Shown piece by piece: positions 17,749 through 26,782 of a DNA stretch of 64,000 nucleotides. The notes beneath the pieces are model-generated. The model was not told where the DNA came from. It made no database searches and saw nothing but the letters and a program-made list of their open reading frames with translations. Positions within the stretch are counted from its first letter, which is position 1; each line of letters begins with the position of its first letter. A program made the position numbers and the translations under genes. This stretch comes from Terriglobia bacterium (GTDB taxonomy: Bacteria; Acidobacteriota; Terriglobia; Acidiferrales; UBA7541), in assembly GCA_020072785.1 (NCBI GenBank), contig JAIQGG010000007.1:9995-73994 (forward strand). The letters run 5' to 3'.

Positions 17749-20700
17749 TCAGGGGGCGATGATCAGCAGAAGATCTTTCGCTTCGACCTGCTGCCCCGGC
17801 ACGACCAGAAGCTTCACGATGCGCCCGGCGATGGGCGCATAAAGGTTCGATTGCATTTTCATGGCCTCCAGCGTGAGAAGCTTGGCGCCGCGCTCCACGG
17901 TCTGATTGGCCTGCACTACAATGGCGCTGACTACGCCCGCCGTCGGCGCGGCCACCTGCCCCGGCTCCGCGGGGTCGGCCTTGGGATGTACGCGCTCGGC
18001 CACGCGCAGCGCGCGGTCGCGGACCTGCACCTCGCGCGGCTGCCCGTTCATCTCGAAAAACAGCGTGCGCGTGCCGTCCGGATGGGCATCACCGGCCGTC
18101 AGGAATTTCACGATGAGCGTCTTTCCCGGCTCGATCTCCACGGTGATTTCCTGGCCCGGCTGCAAACCGTAAAAAAAAGCCGGCGTGGGCAGCACGCTCA
18201 CGTCCGCATAGGTTTCGCGGAACTTGTCATATTTGAGGAACACTTCCGGGTATAGCAGATAGCTCAGGAGATCGTCGCGGCGCACTGCGTGCCCGGTCTT
18301 TTTCACCAGCGCGCTTTGCTCGTCGTCCAGCTTCACCGGCTCCAGGCTGGCGCTGGGCCGCCCGGCAATGGGCGGCGCGCCGCGCAGGATGATTTTCTGC
18401 AGCTTCTTTGGCCAGCCGCCCGGCGGCACGCCCAGCACTCCCGCGAACATCTCCACCACAGAGTTCGGCAAGGCCAGGTCGTGCTTCTCCTCGAGACGCA
18501 GCACGTCCTCGGGGCGCATTTCCTTGGCCATCAGAAACAGGGTCATGTCGCCCACGACCTTGCTCGACGGGGTGACCTTCACGATGTCCCCGAAAAGCTG
18601 GTTCACTTCCGCGTACGTCTTCTCGACTTCGCGCCAGCGGTGCCCCAGGCCCATGGCCACGGCCTGCTCGCGCAGATTGGTGTACTGCCCGCCGGGAATT
18701 TCGTGCTGGTAGAGGCGCGCCGAGCCCGCCTTGGGGCCGGAGTCGAACGGCGCGTAATACGTGCGCACCGTCTCCCAGTAGTCCGAGCACTCGTTCAGGG
18801 TCTCCATGTCCAGGCGCGTGTCGCGCGGCGTGTGCCGCAGGGCTTCCGCGATGGAATTGAGATTCGGCTGGCTGGTGCCTCCGCTCACCGCCGCTAGCGC
18901 GGCATCCGCCACGTCCACGCCGCCCTCCGCGGCCTTGAGCACCGAGGCCGCGTTCAGGCCGCTGGTGTCGTGGGTGTGGAAATGCACAGGCAGACCGATC
19001 TCTTCACGCAGGGCCTTCACCAGTTGAAACGCGGCATACGGCTTGCACAGCCCGGCCATGTCCTTGATGGCCAGAAAATGCGCGCCCAGTTTTTCCAGCT
19101 GCCTGGCCATGGTCACATAATATTTCAGGGAATACTTCGGGCGCCCCGCGTCCAGGATGTCGCCGGTGTAGCAGATGGCCGGCTCGCACACTGCGCCGGT
19201 CTCCAGCACGGCGTCGATGGCCACGCGCATGTTGTCGATGGAGTTCAGGGAATCGAAAATGCGGAAGATGTCGATGCCCTGGGTGTGGGCCTCGCGCACG
19301 AATTCCACGATCAAGTTGTCCGGGTACGACGCGTAGCCCACCGCGTTGGCGCCGCGCAGCAGCATCTGAAAGCAGATGTTGGGCACGCGCCGGCGCAGTT
19401 CGCGCAGGCGCTGCCAGGGATCCTCGTGCAGGAAGCGCAGGGAAGTGTCGAAGGTCGCCCCGCCCCACATCTCCAGGCTGAAGAGATTGGGCAGGCGCTG
19501 CGCCACGGCGCCGGCCGTCAACAGCAAGTCGTGCGTGCGCACCCGGGTGGCCAGCAGGGACTGGTGCGCGTCGCGAAACGTGGTGTCCGTCACGAGCAGC
19601 CGCTTCTCTTTGCGCGCCCAGGCCGCGAACTTTTCCGGCCCCAGCTTCTGCAGCAACTGGCGCGTTCCCGCCGGCGGGGCGATTCCCGGCGCCGCGGGGA
19701 CCACCGCCGTTTCCAGGACTTCGGCCGGCTTCTTCCCCTTCACTTCGGGATTGCCGTTCAGAATCACGTCGCCCAGATAGAGCAGCAGCTTGGTGGCGCG
19801 GTCGCTGCGGTTGGGCAGACGGAAGAGTTCCGGGGATTCGTCCAGAAACGAGGTGGTGACCTCGCCGGCGCGGAAGCGCGGATGGTTCACCACGTTTTCC
19901 ACGAACAGGATGTTGGTCTTCACCCCGCGGATGCGGAATTCGCGCAGCGCGCGGTCCATGCGCTGGCAGGCTTCCGGGAGATTCGCACCCCAGGCGGTGA
20001 CCTTCACCAGCAGCGAGTCATAGTGCGCCGCGAGCACCGCTCCGGCATAGGCCGTGCCGCCGTCCAGGCGAATGCCGAACCCGGCCGGCGAGCGGTAAGT
20101 AGAAATCTTGCCGTAGTCCGGGGCGAAATTCTTTTCCGGGTCTTCGGTGGTCACGCGGCATTGCAGCGCCGAGCCGTACAGCGGCACCTTCTCCTGCTGC
20201 GGCAAGGAAAGCGGCGCTTCATGGAGCGCATAGCCCTGGGCCACCAGGATCTGCGCGCGGACCAGGTCGATGCCGGTGACCATCTCCGTGACCGTATGCT
20301 CCACCTGGATGCGCGGATTCACCTCGATGAAGTACCACTTCGCGGCGTCCACGTCGTAGAGGAACTCGACCGTGCCGGCGTTGCGGTATTTGGCCTTGCG
20401 CGCCAGGCGCACCGCCGCTGCGCACAATTCTTCGCGCACCCGCGCCGGCAGGTTCGGCGCCGGCGCCACTTCCACTACCTTCTGGTGCCGCCGCTGCACG
20501 GAGCAGTCGCGCTCGTGGAGGTGCAACAGGTTCCCGTGGTGGTCCGCCAGGATCTGCACTTCGATGTGCCGCGCCCGGGGCAGATATTTTTCCAGAAACA
20601 CCGAGGCATCGCCGAACGCCGAGCGCGCTTCCAACCGCGCTTCCTCCAACCGCGCTTCCAGCTGCGCCGCGTCGCGCACCACGCGCATCCCGCGCCCGCC

Positions 20701-21207
20701 CCCGCCCATGGCCGCCTTGACGATCACCGGATAACCGATCTCCGCGGCGATGCGCTGCGCCTCCGCGCCCGATTCCACCGGCTTTTCCGTTCCGGGCAGC
20801 ACCGGCACGCCCGCCGATGCCGCCAGCCGCCGCGCGGCCGTCTTGTCCCCCAGCAACTCCAACAGCTCGGGCGCCGGCCCGATGAAGGTGATGCCGGCCT
20901 TTTCGCAGGCCCGCGCGAAGGCCGGGTTTTCCGCCAGAAATCCGTAGCCCGGATGAATGGCGTCGACGCCCTTCTCCTTGGCCAGAGCCACGATCCCGGC
21001 GATATCCAGGTAGGCTTCCACCGGGCCTTTGCCCGCGCCCACCTGGTAGGCCTCGTCGGCTTTCATGCGGTGCAGCCCCAGGCGGTCTTCCTGCGAATAA
21101 ATGCCCACCGTGCGCAGCCCCAACTCGTTGGCGGCGCGGAAAATGCGGATGGCGATTTCGCTGCGGTTGGCAGCAAGGAGTTTATGGATCGGCTTGTTCT
21201 TCTTCAT
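17749..21207 (-). CDS. pyc: pyruvate carboxylase (single-chain, 1152 aa)
   Basis: N-terminal biotin carboxylase, central carboxyltransferase (VHFHTHDTSGL), and a C-terminal biotinyl domain (LTLEAMKMQSNL). Confidence 0.95.
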   Translation of the reverse strand: MKKNKPIHKLLAANRSEIAIRIFRAANELGLRTVGIYSQEDRLGLHRMKADEAYQVGAGKGPVEAYLDIAGIVALAKEKGVDAIHPGYGFLAENPAFARACEKAGITFIGPAPELLELLGDKTAARRLAASAGVPVLPGTEKPVESGAEAQRIAAEIGYPVIVKAAMGGGGRGMRVVRDAAQLEARLEEARLEARSAFGDASVFLEKYLPRARHIEVQILADHHGNLLHLHERDCSVQRRHQKVVEVAPAPNLPARVREELCAAAVRLARKAKYRNAGTVEFLYDVDAAKWYFIEVNPRIQVEHTVTEMVTGIDLVRAQILVAQGYALHEAPLSLPQQEKVPLYGSALQCRVTTEDPEKNFAPDYGKISTYRSPAGFGIRLDGGTAYAGAVLAAHYDSLLVKVTAWGANLPEACQRMDRALREFRIRGVKTNILFVENVVNHPRFRAGEVTTSFLDESPELFRLPNRSDRATKLLLYLGDVILNGNPEVKGKKPAEVLETAVVPAAPGIAPPAGTRQLLQKLGPEKFAAWARKEKRLLVTDTTFRDAHQSLLATRVRTHDLLLTAGAVAQRLPNLFSLEMWGGATFDTSLRFLHEDPWQRLRELRRRVPNICFQMLLRGANAVGYASYPDNLIVEFVREAHTQGIDIFRIFDSLNSIDNMRVAIDAVLETGAVCEPAICYTGDILDAGRPKYSLKYYVTMARQLEKLGAHFLAIKDMAGLCKPYAAFQLVKALREEIGLPVHFHTHDTSGLNAASVLKAAEGGVDVADAALAAVSGGTSQPNLNSIAEALRHTPRDTRLDMETLNECSDYWETVRTYYAPFDSGPKAGSARLYQHEIPGGQYTNLREQAVAMGLGHRWREVEKTYAEVNQLFGDIVKVTPSSKVVGDMTLFLMAKEMRPEDVLRLEEKHDLALPNSVVEMFAGVLGVPPGGWPKKLQKIILRGAPPIAGRPSASLEPVKLDDEQSALVKKTGHAVRRDDLLSYLLYPEVFLKYDKFRETYADVSVLPTPAFFYGLQPGQEITVEIEPGKTLIVKFLTAGDAHPDGTRTLFFEMNGQPREVQVRDRALRVAERVHPKADPAEPGQVAAPTAGVVSAIVVQANQTVERGAKLLTLEAMKMQSNLYAPIAGRIVKLLVVPGQQVEAKDLLLIIAP

Positions 21208-21418
21208 TCCCGTGACCCCGGCGAGGAAAGCGGCTTAGCGCAGAATTCTACATTGTTTCACGAATGTCCGCCGCGCCCAACGGCGTTTTTCCAATCTAAT
21301 CCAGCAGGAAATTTCATCGACTATGGCGGAAGGAAGAAAAACAAAGGAGAAAAATCCAGGCAAGAAATGCGGAGAGTGATTCCGGAAATAGAAAAACTCT
21401 TAGAATCTTTACTGTTCT

Positions 21419-22042
21419 TCAGTACTTGCGCAGCACGCTCACCACGCGGCCCTGAATCTTCACGTCGCTGGCGGGCACGACGATGGGGGCCATCTCCGAA
21501 TTCGCCGGCTGCAGGCGGATCTTCCCCGCACCCTCGCGGTAGAAGCGCTTCAGCGTGGCCTCTTCCCCGCCCACCAGCGCCACCACGATATCGCCGGCAT
21601 TGGCCACCTGGGTCTGCTCGCAGACCACGTAATCCCCGTCCAGGATGTGGTCCTCGATCATCGAGTTGCCCTTGACCTGCAGCACAAAGGTGGTGGCCCC
21701 GCGCGCAAAATCCCCCAGGGAAATCGTCTCGCGATCCTCGAGCGCTTCCAGCGGCCGCCCCGCGGCGATGCGCCCGACCAGGGGCAGCTCCTGCACGCGG
21801 CGGTCCAGCACCTGTTCCTTCACCGGCTTCGGCAGTTGCACGATCTCGATTGAGCGGCTCTGGTTGTAGCCGCGGCGGATGAAACCCTTCTTCTCCAGGG
21901 TGCTGATGTGCTTGTGCACGGTGGCCAGGGAGGTCAGTTTCAGGCCCTTGCCGATCTCCTCGAAACTCGGCGAGTAGCCGTGCCTGGTTTCGAAGGACAC
22001 CAGAAAATCGAGCACTTCCTTCTGCCGCTTGGTCAGAGCCAT
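21419..22042 (-). CDS. lexA: LexA repressor
   Basis: MALTKRQKEVLDFL winged-helix N-terminus and an S24 peptidase domain (VKGNSMIED ... TLKRF). ATG at 22042. Confidence 0.93.
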   Translation of the reverse strand: MALTKRQKEVLDFLVSFETRHGYSPSFEEIGKGLKLTSLATVHKHISTLEKKGFIRRGYNQSRSIEIVQLPKPVKEQVLDRRVQELPLVGRIAAGRPLEALEDRETISLGDFARGATTFVLQVKGNSMIEDHILDGDYVVCEQTQVANAGDIVVALVGGEEATLKRFYREGAGKIRLQPANSEMAPIVVPASDVKIQGRVVSVLRKY

Positions 22043-22107
22043 CGCTCGTCTCCTCCTGCGCCTAGGCGCCCGCTGCGGAAGCGGCGCGCGGCACACTTTC
22101 GCCTTTT

Positions 22108-22136
22108 ACTCTAGGCGAACACAAAGCGAACGTCAA
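22108..22136 (-). promoter_or_regulatory. lexA promoter (TTGACG-17-TAGAGT)
   Basis: Minus strand: TTGACG (22136-22131), a 17-nt spacer, then TAGAGT (22113-22108). The -10 lies about 66-71 nt upstream of the lexA ATG. Confidence 0.5.
22117..22131 (-). promoter_or_regulatory. LexA box, direct-repeat type GTTC-N7-GTTC
   Basis: Minus strand reads GTTCGCTTTGTGTTC and lies entirely inside the promoter spacer. This matches the GTTCN7GTTC box type reported for Acidobacterium capsulatum and Alphaproteobacteria. Confidence 0.6.
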
Positions 22137-22354
22137 GCAAAGAGTTTGTGCGCCGTTCTTCGCCCGCTTTTTTTCCGCGCGGCTTCCTGTTTTGGACACA
22201 ACGCCGCGCCACGCGCCCGGTTGTGCTATTATTTTTGTTTGCGGGCTCCTGGTACTTCGCTCTCGAAGCACCTGCTCGCCGCGAAGCCCGGGCGCCGCAA
22301 CTCCTCACGCCGCATGCGGGGAGACATCAGCAACCAACGGGGTCACGCGTCACC

Positions 22355-24214
22355 ATGTCCACTCTCGCGGAAACACCTCTCACCAAAGGCAAGCGCGAAG
22401 TCATCGAACAGGCGGTCATCCGCTTTGCCGGGGACTCCGGCGACGGCATGCAGATCACCGGCAGCCAGTTCACCAACACCGTCGCGCTGTACGGCAACGA
22501 CATCGCCACCTTTCCGGACTACCCCGCGGAGATCCGCGCCCCTGCGGGCACCCTCCCCGGGGTCAGCGGCTACCAGCTGCATTTTTCCTCGAGCGAGGTG
22601 TACACGCCGGGCGATGCCGTGGATGTGCTCATCGCCATGAATCCCGCCGCGCTGAAAATGAACCAGGCCGACCTCAAGCCCAACGGGATCCTCATCGTCA
22701 ACAGCGACGCCTTCAAGGAAGGCGACCTGCGCAAGGCGCAGATGACCAGCAATCCCCTCGAGGATCATTCCCTGGACAAGTACCGCCTCTTCTCCGTAGA
22801 AGCCCAGCGCCTGACGCGCGCCGCGCTGCAGCATCTGGGCATCGACGCCAAGGCCATGGACCGCTGCAAGAACTTCTTCGCCCTGGGCATGTGCTATTGG
22901 CTTTACAACCGCTCCATGGATCCGACCTTCCGCTGGATCGACGACAAGTTCAGCAAGAAGCCGCTGATCGCGGAAGCCAACAAGCTGGCCCTCAAGGCCG
23001 GCTACAGCTACTGCGAAGCCACCGAAGCCTTCCAGGTCAGCTACGAAATTCCTCCGGCCAAGCTGGAGAAGGGCTTCTACCGCAGCCTGAGCGGCAACCA
23101 GGCCCTGGCCCTGGGTTTCGTCACCGCCGCGCAAAAATCCGGCCTAACGCTTTTCCTGGGCTCCTACCCGATCACTCCGGCCTCGGACATCCTGCACGAG
23201 CTTTCGCAATACAAGAATTTCGGGGTGATGACGTTCCAGGCCGAAGACGAAATCGCGGCCATGACTTCGACCATCGGGGCCTCTTACGCCGGCGCGCTGG
23301 CCCTGACCACGACTTCCGGCCCGGGCATGGCCCTCAAGACCGAAGCGATGGGGCTCGCCGTGATGACCGAGCTGCCCATGGTGATCGTGGACGTGCAGCG
23401 TGGCGGCCCTTCCACGGGCCTGCCGACCAAAACCGAGCAGGCCGACCTGTTGCAGGCGCTCTTCGGACGCAACTCCGAGGCGCCCATTCCGGTTCTGGCG
23501 GCTTCCACTCCGGCCGACTGCTTCTGGGTCGCCGTGGAAGCGTGCCGCATCGCCCTCAAGTACATGGTGCCGGTGATTGTGCTCACCGACGGCTACCTGG
23601 CTAACGGCTCGGAGCCCTGGCGCATCCCGGAGCTCCAGGACATTCCGGCCATCCCGGTGAGCTTCGCCACGAATCCGGAAACGTATCAGCCCTACAAGCG
23701 CGACCCGCAAACCCTGGCGCGCCCCTGGGCCGTGCCGGGCACGCCCGGCCTGGAACACCGCATCGGGGGCCTGGAGAAAAAAGACGGCAGCGGCAACATC
23801 AACTACGAGCCGCTCAACCACGAGAACATGGTGCGCATCCGCGCGGCCAAAGTCGCGGGCATCGTCCAGGACATTCCCGACGCCGTTCCCGCGGGGGATC
23901 CCGACGGCGACCTGCTGATCATCGGCTGGGGCTCGACGTGCGGCTCGATCACCGCGGCGCTCATGCCGCAGCGCGCCAAGGGCCGGCGCATCGGCCACGT
24001 GCATCTGCGGCACCTGAACCCGCTGCCGAAGAACCTCGGGGATGTGATGAAGCGCTACAAGAAAGTGCTCGTTCCGGAGCTGAACATGGGCCAACTGCTG
24101 TGGGTCTTGCGCGCCAAGTATCTGGTGGACGCCATCGGCATGAACAAGATCCAGGGCCGCCCGTTCAAGCAGAACGAGCTGGAAGTGAAGATCGAAGAAG
24201 TAATCGGCGCCTAA
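22355..24214 (+). CDS. korA: 2-oxoglutarate/2-oxoacid:ferredoxin oxidoreductase, alpha subunit
   Basis: 619 aa from the ATG at 22355 (FAGDSGDGMQITG..., YPITPASDILHEL, large-subunit architecture). The track ORF start at 22148 adds an implausible leader. Confidence 0.9.
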   Translation: MSTLAETPLTKGKREVIEQAVIRFAGDSGDGMQITGSQFTNTVALYGNDIATFPDYPAEIRAPAGTLPGVSGYQLHFSSSEVYTPGDAVDVLIAMNPAALKMNQADLKPNGILIVNSDAFKEGDLRKAQMTSNPLEDHSLDKYRLFSVEAQRLTRAALQHLGIDAKAMDRCKNFFALGMCYWLYNRSMDPTFRWIDDKFSKKPLIAEANKLALKAGYSYCEATEAFQVSYEIPPAKLEKGFYRSLSGNQALALGFVTAAQKSGLTLFLGSYPITPASDILHELSQYKNFGVMTFQAEDEIAAMTSTIGASYAGALALTTTSGPGMALKTEAMGLAVMTELPMVIVDVQRGGPSTGLPTKTEQADLLQALFGRNSEAPIPVLAASTPADCFWVAVEACRIALKYMVPVIVLTDGYLANGSEPWRIPELQDIPAIPVSFATNPETYQPYKRDPQTLARPWAVPGTPGLEHRIGGLEKKDGSGNINYEPLNHENMVRIRAAKVAGIVQDIPDAVPAGDPDGDLLIIGWGSTCGSITAALMPQRAKGRRIGHVHLRHLNPLPKNLGDVMKRYKKVLVPELNMGQLLWVLRAKYLVDAIGMNKIQGRPFKQNELEVKIEEVIGA

Positions 24215-24226
24215 CAACAGTTTCGC

Positions 24227-24270
24227 CATTCCGAGCCGCGTCAGGGGCGGGGCAAACTCCGCGAGGAATC
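24227..24270 (+). repeat. split copy of the GIY-YIG-associated repeat in the korA-korB spacer
   Basis: CATTCCGAGC, a 24-nt insert, then GCGAGGAATC; both halves match the array core at 5.7-6.1 kb. Confidence 0.5.
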
Positions 24271-24324
24271 GCGCCGGGCTCCGGAATGGCAGCAGCACAC
24301 GGAACGAATCAGGGAGACTCGATC

Positions 24325-25353
24325 ATGACCACGGCCGCTCTACCGCATCTCACGAAAAAAGATTTTCAGACCGACCAGGAAGTCCGCTGGTGCCCCGGCT
24401 GCGGCGACTACGCCATTCTTTCCGCCGTGCAGTCCGTCTTCCCGGAGCTGGGCATTCCCCGGGAGAAGTTCGTGGTGGTCAGCGGCATCGGTTGCTCCAG
24501 CCGCTTCCCCTACTACATGAACACCTACGGCTTCCATTCCATTCACGGCCGCGCCCCGGCCGTGGCCACGGGCATCAAGGCCGTGCGCCCGGATCTGGAC
24601 GTGTGGGTGGCCACCGGTGACGGCGATGCCCTGGCCATCGGCGGCAATCACACCATTCACATGCTGCGCCGCAACGTGGGCATCAAGGTCCTGCTCTTCA
24701 ACAACCGCATTTACGGCCTGACCAAGGGCCAATATTCGCCGACCTCGGAATACCACAAGATCACCAAGTCCACGCCTTACGGCTCGCCCGACCGGCCCTT
24801 CAATCCGATTTCGCTGGCCATCGGCTCGGAAGCCACGTTCGTGGCGCGGTCCGTGGACGTTTTCCAGGCGCACCTGAAGGAGACCCTGAAGCATGCCGCG
24901 GTGCATCGCGGCTCGGCGTTCATCGAGATCCTGCAGAACTGCAACATTTTCAACAACGGCGCCTGGGAAGGCATCACCGAGAAGGACGCGCGCAGCGAGC
25001 ACGTCATCCAGCTCGAGCACGGCAAGCCGCTCATCTTCGGCAAGAACCGCGACAAGGGCATCCGCCGACTGCCCGACGGGGACATCGAAGTCGTGCAACT
25101 GGGCGACAAGTACACGGAGAAGGACCTCATCGTCCACGACGCCCATCACCACCGCGCGTCCTACGCCTTCCTGCTCTCGCACATGGAGCACCGCCCGGGC
25201 TTCCCCACGCCCATCGGCGTGCTGCGCGCCTGGGACGACCTGCCGCGCTACGAAGACGTGATGAACGACCAGATCAAGGAAGTCATCGCCAAGAAGGGCC
25301 GCGGCGATCTGGGCAAGCTCTTCCGCGCCGGGGACACCTGGGAAGTCAAGTAG
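24325..25353 (+). CDS. korB: 2-oxoglutarate/2-oxoacid:ferredoxin oxidoreductase, beta (TPP-binding) subunit
   Basis: WCPGCGDYAIL, GIGCSSRFPYY and GDGDALAIGGNH motifs; ATG at 24325. Confidence 0.9.
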   Translation: MTTAALPHLTKKDFQTDQEVRWCPGCGDYAILSAVQSVFPELGIPREKFVVVSGIGCSSRFPYYMNTYGFHSIHGRAPAVATGIKAVRPDLDVWVATGDGDALAIGGNHTIHMLRRNVGIKVLLFNNRIYGLTKGQYSPTSEYHKITKSTPYGSPDRPFNPISLAIGSEATFVARSVDVFQAHLKETLKHAAVHRGSAFIEILQNCNIFNNGAWEGITEKDARSEHVIQLEHGKPLIFGKNRDKGIRRLPDGDIEVVQLGDKYTEKDLIVHDAHHHRASYAFLLSHMEHRPGFPTPIGVLRAWDDLPRYEDVMNDQIKEVIAKKGRGDLGKLFRAGDTWEVK

Positions 25354-25400
25354 GGCAGTCCGTATAGCGCCGGGCTTCAGCCCGGCATCCGAAAACACTT

Positions 25401-25445
25401 CGGGCGCCGCGACCGCAAAGGTTTTGGCGCCCGTCTTATTTCTTG
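25401..25445 (+). terminator. rho-independent terminator after korB
   Basis: Stem CGGGCGCC (25401-25408) / GGCGCCCG (25426-25433) followed by TCTTATTTCTTG. Confidence 0.6.
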
Positions 25446-25530
25446 CCTGTGAAAGCGGGCCTGCTTGCCTTGAACCTGCCGAAGAGGTTCTCCCGCTGGA
25501 CTCCAATCTCCGCGGATGCGGCGCCGCGCC

Positions 25531-26553
25531 TCAGTTTCTCTCTCCCAGCCCATGCATCTTGCGGCATAGCCGGCAATACGTCGGCTGCTCCGTGTTGTCT
25601 ACACTATGATGCACGGGCTTCACCGATTGCAGGTAGGTGAAGATCAGCGACAGGTCCTCGTCGGTCATTCCCCGGAAGACATGCCATGGCATGACGGGAG
25701 CCAGCTCACGCACGCCGCCGACCGTCCCGGTTCGAATTGTCTGGATAAACATTTCCCTTGTGTAATAGGAAATTCCCGCCGGATCGGAGGTGATGTTGGC
25801 ACTGGCCACACGGCCCCACGGCCCCTCGAGGATGAAGCCTCCGCCAAATTCCAGGCCGGGAATCGGCTGACCGTGCTCATCCTGCGGCGTGTGGCATCCG
25901 ATGCAGCTCGCCATCTGCGTTTGATACCTTCCGCGGCTGAGCACCCCGGCGTTGGGTCCCGGTGCGGAGACGGGCTGCAGCACCGGCTGCGGCACATTGC
26001 GGATCAGATATTTCACCGGGAAGATGATCTCCGATTTCGGCAGAGGGTTGCGCACAGGCGGCAAGGAGCGGAGATAGACGATCACCGATGCCAGGTCTTC
26101 ATCCGACATCTCGCGGAAGCGCTCGTAGGGCATTAGCGGAAAGAGGGCCCGGCCGTCATGGCCGACGCCTTCGCGGATGGCGCGCGCCAATTGATCATCG
26201 CTCCAGGTGCCCGCGCCGGTTTCCGGATCGGGGGTTAGGTTCGGCGCGACCAAGCGTCCCGGCAAGCCTTTGAGCGGAAATAACGTTCCCGCACCCTTCA
26301 TCTCCTCGATCACCGGCGCGCCACGTTTGCTCCAGTCGCGCGGCGAGTGGCAGTGCATGCACGCGGCAACATGCTCCACGAAATACGCGCCGCGCTGCAG
26401 CCGCTCCGGCGTGGCTTCGAATTTCCGGTTCGTGAGCGGACGTGCTCTCGGCCCGAGAAGGGGCCGCCAGCCAATCGTCGCCGTGATGCCCGCGGCCGCC
26501 AGCCCCAGCGGCACGACTAGCGCATAGGCCGCAATTTTCACCAGCTTGGGCAT
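25531..26553 (-). CDS. membrane-anchored dihaem c-type cytochrome
   Basis: N-terminal TM helix and two CXXCH motifs (CMHCH, CIGCH). ATG at 26553; the upstream part of the track ORF is rejected. Confidence 0.75.
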   Translation of the reverse strand: MPKLVKIAAYALVVPLGLAAAGITATIGWRPLLGPRARPLTNRKFEATPERLQRGAYFVEHVAACMHCHSPRDWSKRGAPVIEEMKGAGTLFPLKGLPGRLVAPNLTPDPETGAGTWSDDQLARAIREGVGHDGRALFPLMPYERFREMSDEDLASVIVYLRSLPPVRNPLPKSEIIFPVKYLIRNVPQPVLQPVSAPGPNAGVLSRGRYQTQMASCIGCHTPQDEHGQPIPGLEFGGGFILEGPWGRVASANITSDPAGISYYTREMFIQTIRTGTVGGVRELAPVMPWHVFRGMTDEDLSLIFTYLQSVKPVHHSVDNTEQPTYCRLCRKMHGLGERN

Positions 26554-26667
26554 GGATTCTCCTAGGAAAAATAGTTTCTTCTTCCCAACTGCCGGACAGT
26601 TTCCACGATTTGCAGACCGCAAGATACCACGGCCCTTCGCGAATGCGAGTTTTCTCCCGCCCGGCAT

Positions 26668-26710
26668 CAAAAAAATACGGGCGCCTCGACCTCTTACGTC
26701 TCGGCGCCCG
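26668..26710 (-). terminator. rho-independent terminator after the M23 peptidase gene
   Basis: Stem CGGGCGCC/GGCGCCCG (26678-26685 / 26703-26710) followed on the minus strand by TATTTTTTTG. Confidence 0.65.
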
Positions 26711-26782
26711 GACAATTCTTCTTTCTGCTTCTCGCCTGTATTCGGGCGGACGTTCAGCCCGCCCTTTCCTGTCTGCCTTTTC

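Noticed and set aside
18970-21675. 901-aa plus-strand ORF
   Set aside because: It is antisense to pyruvate carboxylase, has an Arg/Gly/His-rich low-complexity translation, and shows no recognisable domains. This is a typical high-GC shadow ORF.
22148-22354. N-terminal 69-aa extension of korA in the track
   Set aside because: The extension covers the lexA/korA divergent promoter region and has no similarity to KorA N-termini. The ATG at 22355 gives the expected start, MSTLAETPL...VIRFAGDSGDGMQ.
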